32,000 nt of DNA from Burkholderiales bacterium (GTDB lineage: Bacteria > Pseudomonadota > Gammaproteobacteria > Burkholderiales > Burkholderiaceae_C), in assembly GCA_017302505.1 (NCBI GenBank), contig JAFLDH010000005.1:1-32000 (forward strand), in the 5' to 3' direction. The first letter of the stretch is position 1. The number at the start of each line of letters is the position of its first letter. The notes under the pieces are model-generated. The model saw only the letters and a list, made by a program, of their open reading frames with translations, did not search any database and was not told where the DNA came from. The translations under genes and the position numbers were made by a program. Positions 14,891 through 23,130 of the stretch are shown here, in pieces.

Positions 14891-15160
14891 CTACCTGTAC
14901 CATCCGAAACGCTGCCACCAGTGTGGCATGGGATTCGTCGTCAGGCTGACGATGCTATCGAACTGGCCGCGGGCCTTTGCGGCTTTGATTTTCGCGACGA
15001 CATTCCAGTCGCGCACGTACTGTGCGGCGCGTGGTGAATCGGGGTCGATGCGCGGAACGGCGAGCAGCCATGCGGCTATGTCGTAGTGGTAGACCGGTAT
15101 TTCGCCGAAAAGGTCGTATGGTGGATGTATGCGGTGGGCGCGTGGTCTATGCTTCCGCAT
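14891..15160 (-). CDS. hypothetical protein (89 aa) next to the right phage end
   Basis: Longest ORF in this stretch, with roughly 70% GC at third positions by hand count. No family recognised. It competes with a back-to-back plus-strand ORF starting at 15161. Confidence 0.35.
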   Translation of the reverse strand: MRKHRPRAHRIHPPYDLFGEIPVYHYDIAAWLLAVPRIDPDSPRAAQYVRDWNVVAKIKAAKARGQFDSIVSLTTNPMPHWWQRFGWYR

Positions 15161-15374
15161 ATGGGAATCATGGACCGCGACTGGTATCGCGAACGCTGGG
15201 AAAAGCGGGTGCTTGGTTGGAGCCCGGCTAGGCGGCGCAGGGTTGCGAAGGGCTCAGTTCCGGTGTGGCCGTTTGTTGTTCTTGCTGCGTGCCTAGTGGC
15301 CGCGTGGGTGTTTGCCAAGGTGATGCGCGCTTTGTTCTGAGGCTCCCGACAGCCATACGCAATAGCTTGCGCAT

Positions 15375-15402
15375 AGTTGACATAATATACATCGTCGCGC
15401 AT
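15375..15402. repeat. right dif-like site (attR / candidate functional dif)
   Basis: AGTTGACATAA-TATACA-TCGTCGCGCAT. The XerD arm plus central region is dif-like (15/17 to the E. coli dif central region plus XerD arm). The other arm contains a TGCGC core but lies 1 nt out of register with the E. coli XerC arm. Confidence 0.55.
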
Positions 15403-15408
15403 TCGTGC

Positions 15409-15621
15409 TCAGATCTGCTCGCCAGGCAAGTCCAGTTCGTCGATGTGCGATGGCTCGCCATCCTCTTCGGCCAACATCGGCAGCAGCGGCTTGTCCAGCG
15501 GCCGGCATACGCGGCTGTGCAGCCGCTCCAATCGCTCGGAATTCTCGATCGCGCGGAAGATGGATTGCGGGTCCATCAGCAATGCAAACGGGTTGGCGAC
15601 GGGATGTTGCGGCTGCGTCAT
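15409..15621 (-). CDS. hypothetical small acidic protein (70 aa)
   Basis: High GC3. GGTGGA lies upstream of the ATG. The stop is 7 nt from the dif-like site. No family recognised. Confidence 0.45.
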   Translation of the reverse strand: MTQPQHPVANPFALLMDPQSIFRAIENSERLERLHSRVCRPLDKPLLPMLAEEDGEPSHIDELDLPGEQI

Positions 15622-15732
15622 GAAAGTCCACCAGGCTCAGTTGATCGTGAGCCCACTCTAGCGGCGGCGTCCCGCGCCTAGCAGTCGGGGCCTTGCCATG
15701 CCGCATGTCGGAAACGCGCTGACAGGCGTTGT

Positions 15733-16356
15733 CTACTTCAGCAACGGCTCGAGCCAGGTCTTGTCCAGGTTGCGCGCCATGTCCGCAGCCGTCAGGTTGC
15801 GTTCGTTGATATAGCGCCTTTCGGCGCCGCGCTTGACCAGCAGTTTGACGTTGTCCTCGGTCCCGAAGCGCACGGCCATCATCAAGGGCGTGCTCATGTC
15901 GGGCGCCCGTGCGTTGATGTCCGCACCGCGGTCAAGCAGCAACGCCAGCACTTCGGTGCTGGGCCCGGTGGCGGCGTAGTGCACCGGCGCCCAGCCCGGC
16001 TTCTGCACCTTGGCGCCGCGCTCGATCAGCTTCTTCGTCCAGTCGAGCCGGCCCATCATGGCCGCCATCATCAGCGGCGTCTCGCCGACGGCGTTGGTGG
16101 CATCCACCTTCAACGCCGGGCTGGCCAGCAGCACCTCGGCCACCTTCGGACAGTCTTCCTGCATCGCCAGGTACAGCGCCACCTGGCCTTTTTCGTTGAG
16201 CGTGTTCGGGTCGAAGCCCTTGCCCAGCAGCTCGGCCACCTTGCCGGCGTTGTCGACATTCACCGCACGGAAGAAGTCAACATACGAATCCGCCCTTGCA
16301 GGAAATAACGCTGTAATTACAAATAGATAGAAAGCTATTCGAAGGTACGTTCTCAT
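15733..16356 (-). CDS. secreted ankyrin-repeat protein (207 aa)
   Basis: Signal peptide MRTYLRIAFYLFVITALFPARA. ANK repeats (GETPLMMAAMMGRLDWTKKLIERGAKV; WAPVHYAATGPSTEVLALLLDRGADINA; STPLMMAVRFGTEDNVKLLVKRGA). The ATG overlaps the tatD-family stop (ATGA). The track's 367-aa version is upstream read-through. Confidence 0.85.
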   Translation of the reverse strand: MRTYLRIAFYLFVITALFPARADSYVDFFRAVNVDNAGKVAELLGKGFDPNTLNEKGQVALYLAMQEDCPKVAEVLLASPALKVDATNAVGETPLMMAAMMGRLDWTKKLIERGAKVQKPGWAPVHYAATGPSTEVLALLLDRGADINARAPDMSTPLMMAVRFGTEDNVKLLVKRGAERRYINERNLTAADMARNLDKTWLEPLLK

Positions 16357-17159
16357 TGTTTGGCGTGTTGTTTCGAGCCATCCAGGCAGCGCCTGAACAG
16401 CCTGTCGAAGTTGCGGCTGGTGATTTCGGCGATGGTTTCCACCGAGACATTCTTCAGCAACGCCAATTGCCCTGCCACCTGCGCCACATAGGCCGGCTGG
16501 TTGAGTTTGCCGCGATAGGGCACCGGTGCCAGGTACGGGCTGTCGGTTTCGATCAGACAACGCTCCAGCGGCACGCGGCGGGCCACCTCGCGCAGGTCTT
16601 CCGCATTCTTGAAGGTCAGGATGCCGGAGAACGAGATGTGAAAACCCATCTCCAGCGCGGCATCGGCCACTTGCTGGGTCTCGGTAAAGCAATGGAACAC
16701 GCCGCCCACCTGCCCGGCCCCCTCCTCCTGCAGGATACGCAGCGTGTCCTCGGCCGCCGAGCGCGTGTGCACCACCAGCGGCAGCCCGGTCTGGCGCGCT
16801 GCGCGAATGTGCACGCGGAAGCGTTCGCGTTGCCATTCCATCTGCGCGATGCTGCGGCCGGCCAGGCGGTAGTAGTCCAGCCCGGTCTCGCCAATGGCCA
16901 CCACGCGCTCCAGCGCCGCCAAGGCCACCAGGTCAGCCACGGTGGGCTCGCGCACCCCCTCGCTGTCGGGGTGCACACCGGCACTGGCCCAGAGGTTGGC
17001 ATGGCCCATTGCAAGCGCGTGCACGGTGTCGAACTCCTCCAGCGTCGTGCAGATGCAAAGGGCCCGGTCGACGCGGGCCTGGCGCATCTCGCGCTGCAGT
17101 TCATCGATGCGGCCGTGCAGTTCCGGAAAGCTCAGGTGGCAATGGGAATCGACGAACAT
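16353..17159 (-). CDS. TatD-family metal-dependent hydrolase/DNase
   Basis: MFVDSHCHL motif, GVHP, AIGETGLDYY, VVHTR, SFSG and ETDSPYL blocks. Confidence 0.92.
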   Translation of the reverse strand: MFVDSHCHLSFPELHGRIDELQREMRQARVDRALCICTTLEEFDTVHALAMGHANLWASAGVHPDSEGVREPTVADLVALAALERVVAIGETGLDYYRLAGRSIAQMEWQRERFRVHIRAARQTGLPLVVHTRSAAEDTLRILQEEGAGQVGGVFHCFTETQQVADAALEMGFHISFSGILTFKNAEDLREVARRVPLERCLIETDSPYLAPVPYRGKLNQPAYVAQVAGQLALLKNVSVETIAEITSRNFDRLFRRCLDGSKQHAKQ

Positions 17160-17194
17160 GGAAGGCGGTGCCGCGGCACCCTGTGGCTGGCCGC

Positions 17195-17623
17195 CTAGAG
17201 CGTCTGCGTCGGCTTGGAAGAGGAGATCGAGGTGCCAAGTATCTCTTCGATCTTCTGCTTCAGCGCCCGCGTCTTCTCGTCGGCCGGGAAGCGCACGCCG
17301 ACGCCCTGGGTACGGCCGCCGGAGGCATTGCTCGGCGTGATCCAGGCCACCTTGCCGGCCACCGGATAGCGTTGCGGGTCATCCGGCAGCGACAGCAGCA
17401 GGTACAGGTCTTCGCCCAGCTTGTACTCGCGGGCCGTCGGCACGAACAGGCCGCCGTCGGTGAGCAGCGGGATATAGGCCGCGTACAGCGCACCCTTCTC
17501 GCGAAACACCAGCTGGATGACACTCGGTCGCCCGGGGGCCGCTCCGGCCGAGACCGTGCCCGTCGGCGCTAGCGGCATGGCGCTGCTGGGCGTGCCTTGA
17601 CGGGTGACGACGCGGTCGTTCAT
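17195..17623 (-). CDS. pilZ: PilZ-domain protein
   Basis: 142 aa from ATG 17623. Core LVFREKGALYAAYIPLLTDGGLFVPT..YKLGEDLYLLLSLPDD..VAGKVAWITP...GVGVRF is PilZ-like. It occupies the conserved position between holB and tatD. The ATG overlaps the holB stop (ATGA). Confidence 0.7.
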   Translation of the reverse strand: MNDRVVTRQGTPSSAMPLAPTGTVSAGAAPGRPSVIQLVFREKGALYAAYIPLLTDGGLFVPTAREYKLGEDLYLLLSLPDDPQRYPVAGKVAWITPSNASGGRTQGVGVRFPADEKTRALKQKIEEILGTSISSSKPTQTL

Positions 17624-18675
17624 CGGCCCAGTGTATCGAAGGCCCTGGCGGCGCGGGGCGCCCGCGCCGTGGCATCTTGCCAGCATGCACGGCCTTCGCA
17701 GGCCAGGGCTTCGATCAGCAGCCCGTCGTTCCACGGGTGATCCTCGTGCCGTGCGACTCGGGCCAGCGTGCGCGACCAGGCCGACAGTGCGGCCAGCCGC
17801 CCGCCCGGTGGCACGGTGCCTGCGGGATAGAACCGTGGCGCGGCGCCCAGTGCCTGGCGCATGGCGTCGTGACAAAGCTTCTGCAGCGCATCCAACGCGC
17901 GCGGCACGGGCCAACCGGCCAGCAAGCCGGGCGGCCCCTGCAGCAACGCCCGGGGCAGCGCCGCCCAGGCTTGTGCATCGATGCCGGCTCTTGCCAGCTC
18001 CAGCGCGGCCAAGGGCCCGCCGCCGGCGGCGGACAACAGCACGGCAGGGTCGCGCACCTGCTGCTCGGCCAGCCAGGCCACGCCCTGCGCCGGCGTGGGC
18101 GGCGGCAGACGGATGCGTTGGCAGCGGCTGCGCACGGTGGGCAGCAGGTGGGCCTCGTCCACGGTGCTCAGCAGCAGCCTCGCGGCGCCGGGGGGCTCTT
18201 CCAGTGTCTTCAGCAAGGCGCTGGCCGCCTGCGGATTCATCGCATCGGCCGGGTGCAGCAGCACCACCTTGGCCCGTCCGCGGGCGCTGCTGTTCGCCAG
18301 CCAGTCGATGGCAGCGCGTACCTCGTCGATGCGGATCTGGCGGCTGGGCTTGCGCCGTTGTTTGCCGCCTTCTGCAGCGTCGTCCTCGCCCTGCCCGTCC
18401 CAGCCCAGGCCGACGCGCAGCGCATCGGGCAACAGCACACGCAGGTCGGGATGGGTGCGCGATTGCACCAGGTGGCAGCTGGCGCAGCGCCCGCAGGGGC
18501 GCGCATTCCCTTCCGATTCGCACAACCAGCCTTGCGCCAGCGTCAGCAGGAACTCCAGCGCGCCGGTGCCGTGGGCGGCTTGCAGCAGCAACGCGTGGCT
18601 GCGCTGCGCCTGGGCCTGCTGCAGCGGCTCCGTCAGCCACGGCAGCGGCAGCCGGCCATCCGGACCTACCACCAC
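17620..18675 (-). CDS. holB: DNA polymerase III delta' subunit
   Basis: PWL..., zinc module [17 protein letters not shown] and SRCQRI motifs. No in-frame ATG near the N-terminus, so a GTG start at 18675 (or 18672) overlapping the tmk stop is inferred. The start is uncertain. Confidence 0.85.
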   Translation of the reverse strand: MVVGPDGRLPLPWLTEPLQQAQAQRSHALLLQAAHGTGALEFLLTLAQGWLCESEGNARPCGRCASCHLVQSRTHPDLRVLLPDALRVGLGWDGQGEDDAAEGGKQRRKPSRQIRIDEVRAAIDWLANSSARGRAKVVLLHPADAMNPQAASALLKTLEEPPGAARLLLSTVDEAHLLPTVRSRCQRIRLPPPTPAQGVAWLAEQQVRDPAVLLSAAGGGPLAALELARAGIDAQAWAALPRALLQGPPGLLAGWPVPRALDALQKLCHDAMRQALGAAPRFYPAGTVPPGGRLAALSAWSRTLARVARHEDHPWNDGLLIEALACEGRACWQDATARAPRAARAFDTLGR

Positions 18676-19304
18676 GGCTGGGCCTCCAGCGCGGCTTCGA
18701 TCTGCTGCCAGACGGCCTCGGGCGCCAGCGCGGCATCCAGCCGGGCGAAGCGCTGCGGTGCGGCCGTCATGCGCTGCAGATAGCCATCGCGCACGCGGCC
18801 GAAGAAGGCATCGTCCTGGCTTTCGAAGCGGTCGGGGCTGCGCACGGCCGAGCGCCGGGCCGCGGCCACGGCCGGCGGCAGATCGAACCACAGGGTCAGG
18901 TCGGGCTGGCGGCCTTCCTGTACCCACGCTTCCAGCTGCGCCAGCACTTGCAAGTTGAAACCGCGGCCGCCGCCCTGGTAGGCGAAGGTGGCGTCGGTGA
19001 AGCGGTCGCACAGCACGGTGGCGCCGCGGGCCAGCGCCGGCTCGATGCAGGTCTGCAGGTGGTCGCGGCGCGCGGCGAAGATCAGCAATGCCTCGCACAG
19101 CGCGTCCATCGGCTGGTGCAGCACCAGTTCGCGCAGCTGCTCGGCCAGCGGGCTGCCGCCCGGCTCGCGCGTCAGCACCACCTCGTGGCCGCGGGCCTGC
19201 AACCAGCGCTGCAGGGTGGCAATGTGGGTGGACTTGCCGGCACCGTCGATGCCTTCGAAGCTGATGAAGCGCCCGCCAGTGCGGGCACGTGCCAGGGCGC
19301 TCAC
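18666..19304 (-). CDS. tmk: thymidylate kinase
   Basis: P-loop [21 protein letters not shown] and CDRF motifs. 212 aa. Confidence 0.95.
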   Translation of the reverse strand: MSALARARTGGRFISFEGIDGAGKSTHIATLQRWLQARGHEVVLTREPGGSPLAEQLRELVLHQPMDALCEALLIFAARRDHLQTCIEPALARGATVLCDRFTDATFAYQGGGRGFNLQVLAQLEAWVQEGRQPDLTLWFDLPPAVAAARRSAVRSPDRFESQDDAFFGRVRDGYLQRMTAAPQRFARLDAALAPEAVWQQIEAALEAQPWW

Positions 19305-20320
19305 GGCCCGGTCTTTCGCTGGTAACGGTTCACCGCCCGATTATGGTCGGCCAGGTTCTCGCTGAAGACGCTGCTGCCGTCGCCGCGGGCCACGAAATAC
19401 AGCGCTTTGCTGGGCGTGGGCTGCACCACGGCGCGCAGCGAGCCCATGCCTGGCAAAGCAATTGGCGTGGGCGGCAGACCGGGCCGCGTGTAGGTGTTGT
19501 ACTCGCCATCGGCCAGCAGGTCGCGCTTGCGCAGGTTGCCATCGAAGGCCTCGCCCAGGCCGTAGATGATGGTCGGGTCGGTCTGCAGCGGCATGCCGAT
19601 GCGCAGCCGGTTCAGGAACACCGCCGCCACCAGGCCGGGGTCGTCCTTCGGGCCGGTTTCCTTCTCCACGATCGAGGCCAGGATCAGCGCCTGATCCGGG
19701 CTCTTCAGCGGGTTGTCGGCGGTGCGCAGCGCCCAGCTGTCCTGCAGCCGGCGCTGCATCAGCGCATGGGCGCGGCGCAGCACGGTCAGGCTGCTGACGC
19801 CACGGCTGTACGCGTAGGTGTCGGGAAAGAATCGGCCTTCGGCGCTGCTCACTGAATCGCCCAGGGCCTGCATCAGCTGGGCCTCGGTCATGCCGGCGGG
19901 CAGCGGCTTAAGGTGCGGCGCGGTCTCCAGCGCGGCGCGCACCTGGCGGAAGGTCCAGCCTTCACCCAGGCGCAATCGCTCCAGCGTCTCGTCACCCTGC
20001 ACCATCTTGTCCAGCAGCTGACGCGGCGTGACCCCGGTCTCGATTTCGTAGCTGCCAGCGCGGATGCGCCGCGCCTGGCCGGACCAGCGGAACCACTGGT
20101 ACAGCCATTCGGCACGGGTCTGCACGCCCGCGGCCACCCAGGCCTGTGCCACCTCGCGCGGGTTGCTGCCGGGTTCGATGGACAACTCCACAGCCGGCGC
20201 GGTCAGCGTCAGCGGGCGGTCCAGCCACAGCCACGCCGCTGCCGCCAGCAGCAGCGCGAGCAGCGCCAGCGAGCCCATCGCTCCCAGCAGCCAGCGTGTC
20301 CCCTTCGCCATCGAAGCCAT
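19301..20320 (-). CDS. mltG: endolytic murein transglycosylase MltG (YceG family)
   Basis: N-terminal [37 protein letters not shown] and [18 protein letters not shown] blocks. The stop overlaps the tmk ATG (ATGA). Confidence 0.9.
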   Translation of the reverse strand: MASMAKGTRWLLGAMGSLALLALLLAAAAWLWLDRPLTLTAPAVELSIEPGSNPREVAQAWVAAGVQTRAEWLYQWFRWSGQARRIRAGSYEIETGVTPRQLLDKMVQGDETLERLRLGEGWTFRQVRAALETAPHLKPLPAGMTEAQLMQALGDSVSSAEGRFFPDTYAYSRGVSSLTVLRRAHALMQRRLQDSWALRTADNPLKSPDQALILASIVEKETGPKDDPGLVAAVFLNRLRIGMPLQTDPTIIYGLGEAFDGNLRKRDLLADGEYNTYTRPGLPPTPIALPGMGSLRAVVQPTPSKALYFVARGDGSSVFSENLADHNRAVNRYQRKTGP

Positions 20321-20343
20321 GGTGCGACCATGATAATTCCGGC

Positions 20344-21267
20344 ATGACGCCCTCCCCTGCCCTCACTGCCCACGCCCAGGGCGCACTGCGCCTCGACGAT
20401 TGGGGCGTGATCCGCGCCCATGGCCCCGATGCCGCCAGTTTCCTGAACGGCCAGCTGACGCAGGACATGCTGCACCTGAGGCCGGAGCGCGCCCGGCGCG
20501 CCGGCTACTGCTCGGCCAAGGGGCGGCTGCTGGCCAGCTTCATCGTTTGGCGGCTGGCCGAGGACGAATTCGCACTGGCCTGCAGCGCCGACTTGTTGCC
20601 GGCCACGCTGAAGCGGCTGTCGATGTTCGTGCTGCGCGCCAAGTGCAGGCTGGAAGACGCCAGCGAACGCTGGCCGCTGCACCTGCTGGCTGGCGACGCG
20701 GCCTTGGCCGGCCCGCAGGACGATGGCGCTTGCACGGCGCAGGGTGATGGCGTGTGGACGCGCCTGCCGGCCGCCGACGGCGTGCCGCGCGCGCTGCTTC
20801 TGGGCAGCCCACCGGCCGCCAGCTTGCCAGCACTGTCGCCCGCCATCGGCCGCTGGCTGGAGGTGCGCAGCGGTGTGCCGCGCATCGTTGCCGCTACGGT
20901 GGACCGCTTCGTGCCGCAGATGGTCAATTTCGAGCTGCTGGACGGTGTCAACTTCAAGAAGGGCTGCTACCCCGGCCAGGAGGTGGTGGCGCGCAGCCAA
21001 TACCGCGGCACGCTGAAGCGCCGCTGCTATCTGGTGGACAGCCCGGTGGCGCTGGCCGAATGCGCCGACGTGATCCACAGCGAAGACCCTGGCCAGCCGG
21101 CCGGCACCGTGGTGCTGGCGGCCTCGCTGCCCGAAGGCCGGCACTGCGCGCTGGTGGAGCTGAAGATCGCCGCCGCGGAAAGCGGCCGGCTGCATGCCGG
21201 CACGCCGGACGGCCCGCTGCTCACGCTGGCCGCGCTGCCTTACACGCTGGAGCCGCTGGCTGCCTGA
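20344..21267 (+). CDS. ygfZ: folate-binding YgfZ-family protein (GcvT-like fold)
   Basis: 307 aa from ATG 20344. Signature NFKKGCYPGQEVVARSQYRG. The track's upstream 66 codons overlap mltG antisense and are rejected. Confidence 0.85.
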   Translation: MTPSPALTAHAQGALRLDDWGVIRAHGPDAASFLNGQLTQDMLHLRPERARRAGYCSAKGRLLASFIVWRLAEDEFALACSADLLPATLKRLSMFVLRAKCRLEDASERWPLHLLAGDAALAGPQDDGACTAQGDGVWTRLPAADGVPRALLLGSPPAASLPALSPAIGRWLEVRSGVPRIVAATVDRFVPQMVNFELLDGVNFKKGCYPGQEVVARSQYRGTLKRRCYLVDSPVALAECADVIHSEDPGQPAGTVVLAASLPEGRHCALVELKIAAAESGRLHAGTPDGPLLTLAALPYTLEPLAA

Positions 21268-22130
21268 GTGCTGTCGAGCCGCACGAACATTTCCTGGTGC
21301 GGGATGTCGGCTTCTTCGAAGACCGGCCCGCGTTCGATGTAGCCAGCACGGCGGTAGAAGCCCGCAGCGCTGGTCTGCGCGTGCAGCAGGATCTCGACGT
21401 CGCCACGCTGTCGCGCGCAATCGCTCAACGCCTGCAGCAGCCGCCGGCCAATGTCTGCGCCGCGCAGCGCCGACAGGACCGCCATGCGCCCGATACGCGA
21501 CACGCCCGGCGCGTGCGCGATCAGCCGGCCGGTGCCCAGTGCCATGCCGAAACGGTTGCAGGCCACCGCATGCACGCAGGTGGCATCGGCCTCGTCCCAT
21601 TCCATTGCTTCCGGAATGCGCTGCTCCTCGATGAACACGGCACGGCGCACGGCGGCCGCCTGCGGGCCCAGCTGGTCCCAGCTGCCCAGGCGCACGTCGA
21701 CCATCGGCTGGCCGGCCTCGAAATCCTGCAGCAGCGCGCGCAGCGCCTCGGGAACTGGCTTCGAGCGCTGTGTGGCCGGATCGGCGAACACGTAGACCAG
21801 ATCGCCGCTGACAAGCAGCACGTCGCCACGGAACACCGCGGCAGCGAACGCCACCGACGAACTGCCGATGCGCTGGCAGCGGATGCCCACGTCCAGCAGG
21901 TCGTCATACTGGGCCGAGGCGTGGTACTCCAGCGTGGCCTTGCGCACGTACAGGTCGCCGTCCAGATGCTGCATGGCCTGCTGGTAGGGCATGGCCATGG
22001 CGCGCCAGTAGCCGGCCACCGCGGTGTCGAAATACATCAGGTAGTGGCCGTTGAACACGATCTTCTGCATGTCGATCTCGGCCCAGCGCACGCGCAGGCG
22101 TTCGAGGTAGCGGAATTCGCTGCGTTTCAT
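21240..22130 (-). CDS. fusion protein: YbgC/4HBT-type acyl-CoA thioesterase (N-terminal) plus GNAT N-acetyltransferase (C-terminal), 296 aa
   Basis: N-terminus RVRWAEIDMQKIVFNGHYLMYFD is hotdog-like. C-terminus RIGRMAVLSALRGADIGRRLLQAL...AQTSAAGFYRRAGY has GNAT motif A. The ATG at 22130 overlaps the esterase stop (ATGA). Confidence 0.8.
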   Translation of the reverse strand: MKRSEFRYLERLRVRWAEIDMQKIVFNGHYLMYFDTAVAGYWRAMAMPYQQAMQHLDGDLYVRKATLEYHASAQYDDLLDVGIRCQRIGSSSVAFAAAVFRGDVLLVSGDLVYVFADPATQRSKPVPEALRALLQDFEAGQPMVDVRLGSWDQLGPQAAAVRRAVFIEEQRIPEAMEWDEADATCVHAVACNRFGMALGTGRLIAHAPGVSRIGRMAVLSALRGADIGRRLLQALSDCARQRGDVEILLHAQTSAAGFYRRAGYIERGPVFEEADIPHQEMFVRLDSTQAASGSSV

Positions 22131-23071
22131 AGGCGAAAGGCGTCCTTCAGGGCATCGGCCGCAGCCTGCAAGGCCTGGCCGGCCTCGTCGAGCACGCGGC
22201 CCATCTTGATGAAATCGTGGGTCAGGCCACGGTACAGCTCCAGCGTCACCGACACACCGGCCGCGCGCAGCCGGTCGGCGTAGGCCAGGCCCTCGTCGAC
22301 CAGCGGATCGCATTCGGCCAGAATGACGCAGGCCGGGGCCACGCCTTCCAGCTCGTCGCGTGTCAACGGCGCGAAGCGCCAGTCACCGCGATGGTTGTGC
22401 TCGATGTACTGCTCGAAGAACCACTCGATGGTGGCCGCATCGAGCAAGAAGCCATTGGCGAACAGACGGCGCGAGCCGGTGTCGCCATGGGCCGAGGTGC
22501 CTGGCGTGATCAGCAACTGCAGGGCCAGCGGCAGCCCGGCATCGCGGGCTTGCAGCGCGCACACCGCGGCCAAGGTGCCACCCGCACTGTCGCCGCCCAC
22601 CGCCAGGCGCGAGACGTCCAGGCCCCACGACGCGCCATGTTGCTGCAGCCAGCACAAGGCGTCCCACGCGTCGTGTACGGCCACCGGGAAGCGATGTTCC
22701 GGCGCAAGCCGGTAATCCAGCGCCAGCACCGCAGCCCCGCTGCGCCCCGCCAGTTGGCGGCAGAGGCTGTCGTGGGTTTCCAGCGAACCGATGACGAAGC
22801 CGCCACCGTGCAGGTACAGCATCACTGGCAGCGGCCCGTCGGCATCGGCATACAGGCGCGCCGCCAGCGGGCTGCCATCGCGTGCCTGCAGATTCAGCTC
22901 CTGCACGCGGTGCAGCGGTGCGCGCGGCAGGTCCAGGACCTCGGCGGCAGCCACATAGGCCCGACGGGCATCCTCGGGTGCCAGGGCATGCAGCGGTTCC
23001 CGGCGGGCGCGTTCGATGCGTTCCAGCAGGCCTGCCATGCGCGGCGTTAGCAATTGTGAGCGCGGCCTCAT
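22127..23071 (-). CDS. alpha/beta-hydrolase esterase/lipase (HSL family IV type)
   Basis: HGGGF oxyanion motif, GDSAGG nucleophile elbow, DPLVDEG and a later H. Start uncertain: ATG 23071 (MRPRSQLL) or ATG 23038 (MAGLLE). Confidence 0.85.
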   Translation of the reverse strand: MRPRSQLLTPRMAGLLERIERARREPLHALAPEDARRAYVAAAEVLDLPRAPLHRVQELNLQARDGSPLAARLYADADGPLPVMLYLHGGGFVIGSLETHDSLCRQLAGRSGAAVLALDYRLAPEHRFPVAVHDAWDALCWLQQHGASWGLDVSRLAVGGDSAGGTLAAVCALQARDAGLPLALQLLITPGTSAHGDTGSRRLFANGFLLDAATIEWFFEQYIEHNHRGDWRFAPLTRDELEGVAPACVILAECDPLVDEGLAYADRLRAAGVSVTLELYRGLTHDFIKMGRVLDEAGQALQAAADALKDAFRL

Positions 23072-23130
23072 CAATGCCGGTGCAGCGCCTTGGCTTTGCG
23101 ATACTCCATCGAATGCAAGCATAGCGGCCG

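Larger units (their letters stand above)
7034..15402. mobile_element. integrated filamentous (inovirus-type) prophage, ~8.4 kb
   Basis: Canonical inovirus module order: Rep_trans initiator, small ssDNA-binding candidate, ~30-aa hydrophobic ORFs, a 63-aa precoat, a g3p-like protein, a DUF2523/g6p-like protein and a Zot/g1p ATPase. It is bounded by direct repeats AGTT(A/G)ACATAATATACA at 7034-7050 and 15375-15391. It is visibly less GC-rich than the flanks. It has no integrase. Confidence 0.85.

Noticed and set aside
15086-15340. 84-aa plus-strand track ORF (or its 59-aa form from ATG 15161) with a C-terminal TM.
   Set aside because: It is not rejected outright, but it conflicts with the longer minus-strand ORF 14891-15160. 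It is reported as a finding instead of a feature.
15366-15393. Alternative reading of the right att region as a forward dif, with CTTGCGCATAG as the XerC arm.
   Set aside because: The TGCGCATA core is a good XerC-arm match. However, the sequence that would then be the XerD arm (TAATATACATC) matches the conserved TTATGTTAAAT poorly (5/11). The reverse reading gives a near-perfect XerD arm plus central region and is shared with the left repeat.
17195-19325. 513-aa (17195-18736 -), 573-aa (17604-19325 +) and 368-aa (17677-18783 +) ORFs.
   Set aside because: Only the C-terminal 142 aa of the first ORF looks like a real protein (PilZ). The rest are frame shadows over holB and tmk.
20209-22283. 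463-aa (20209-21600 -) and 509-aa (20754-22283 +) ORFs.
   Set aside because: They are shadows of ygfZ and the thioesterase-GNAT gene, with no motifs and Arg/Ala/Gly-rich composition.
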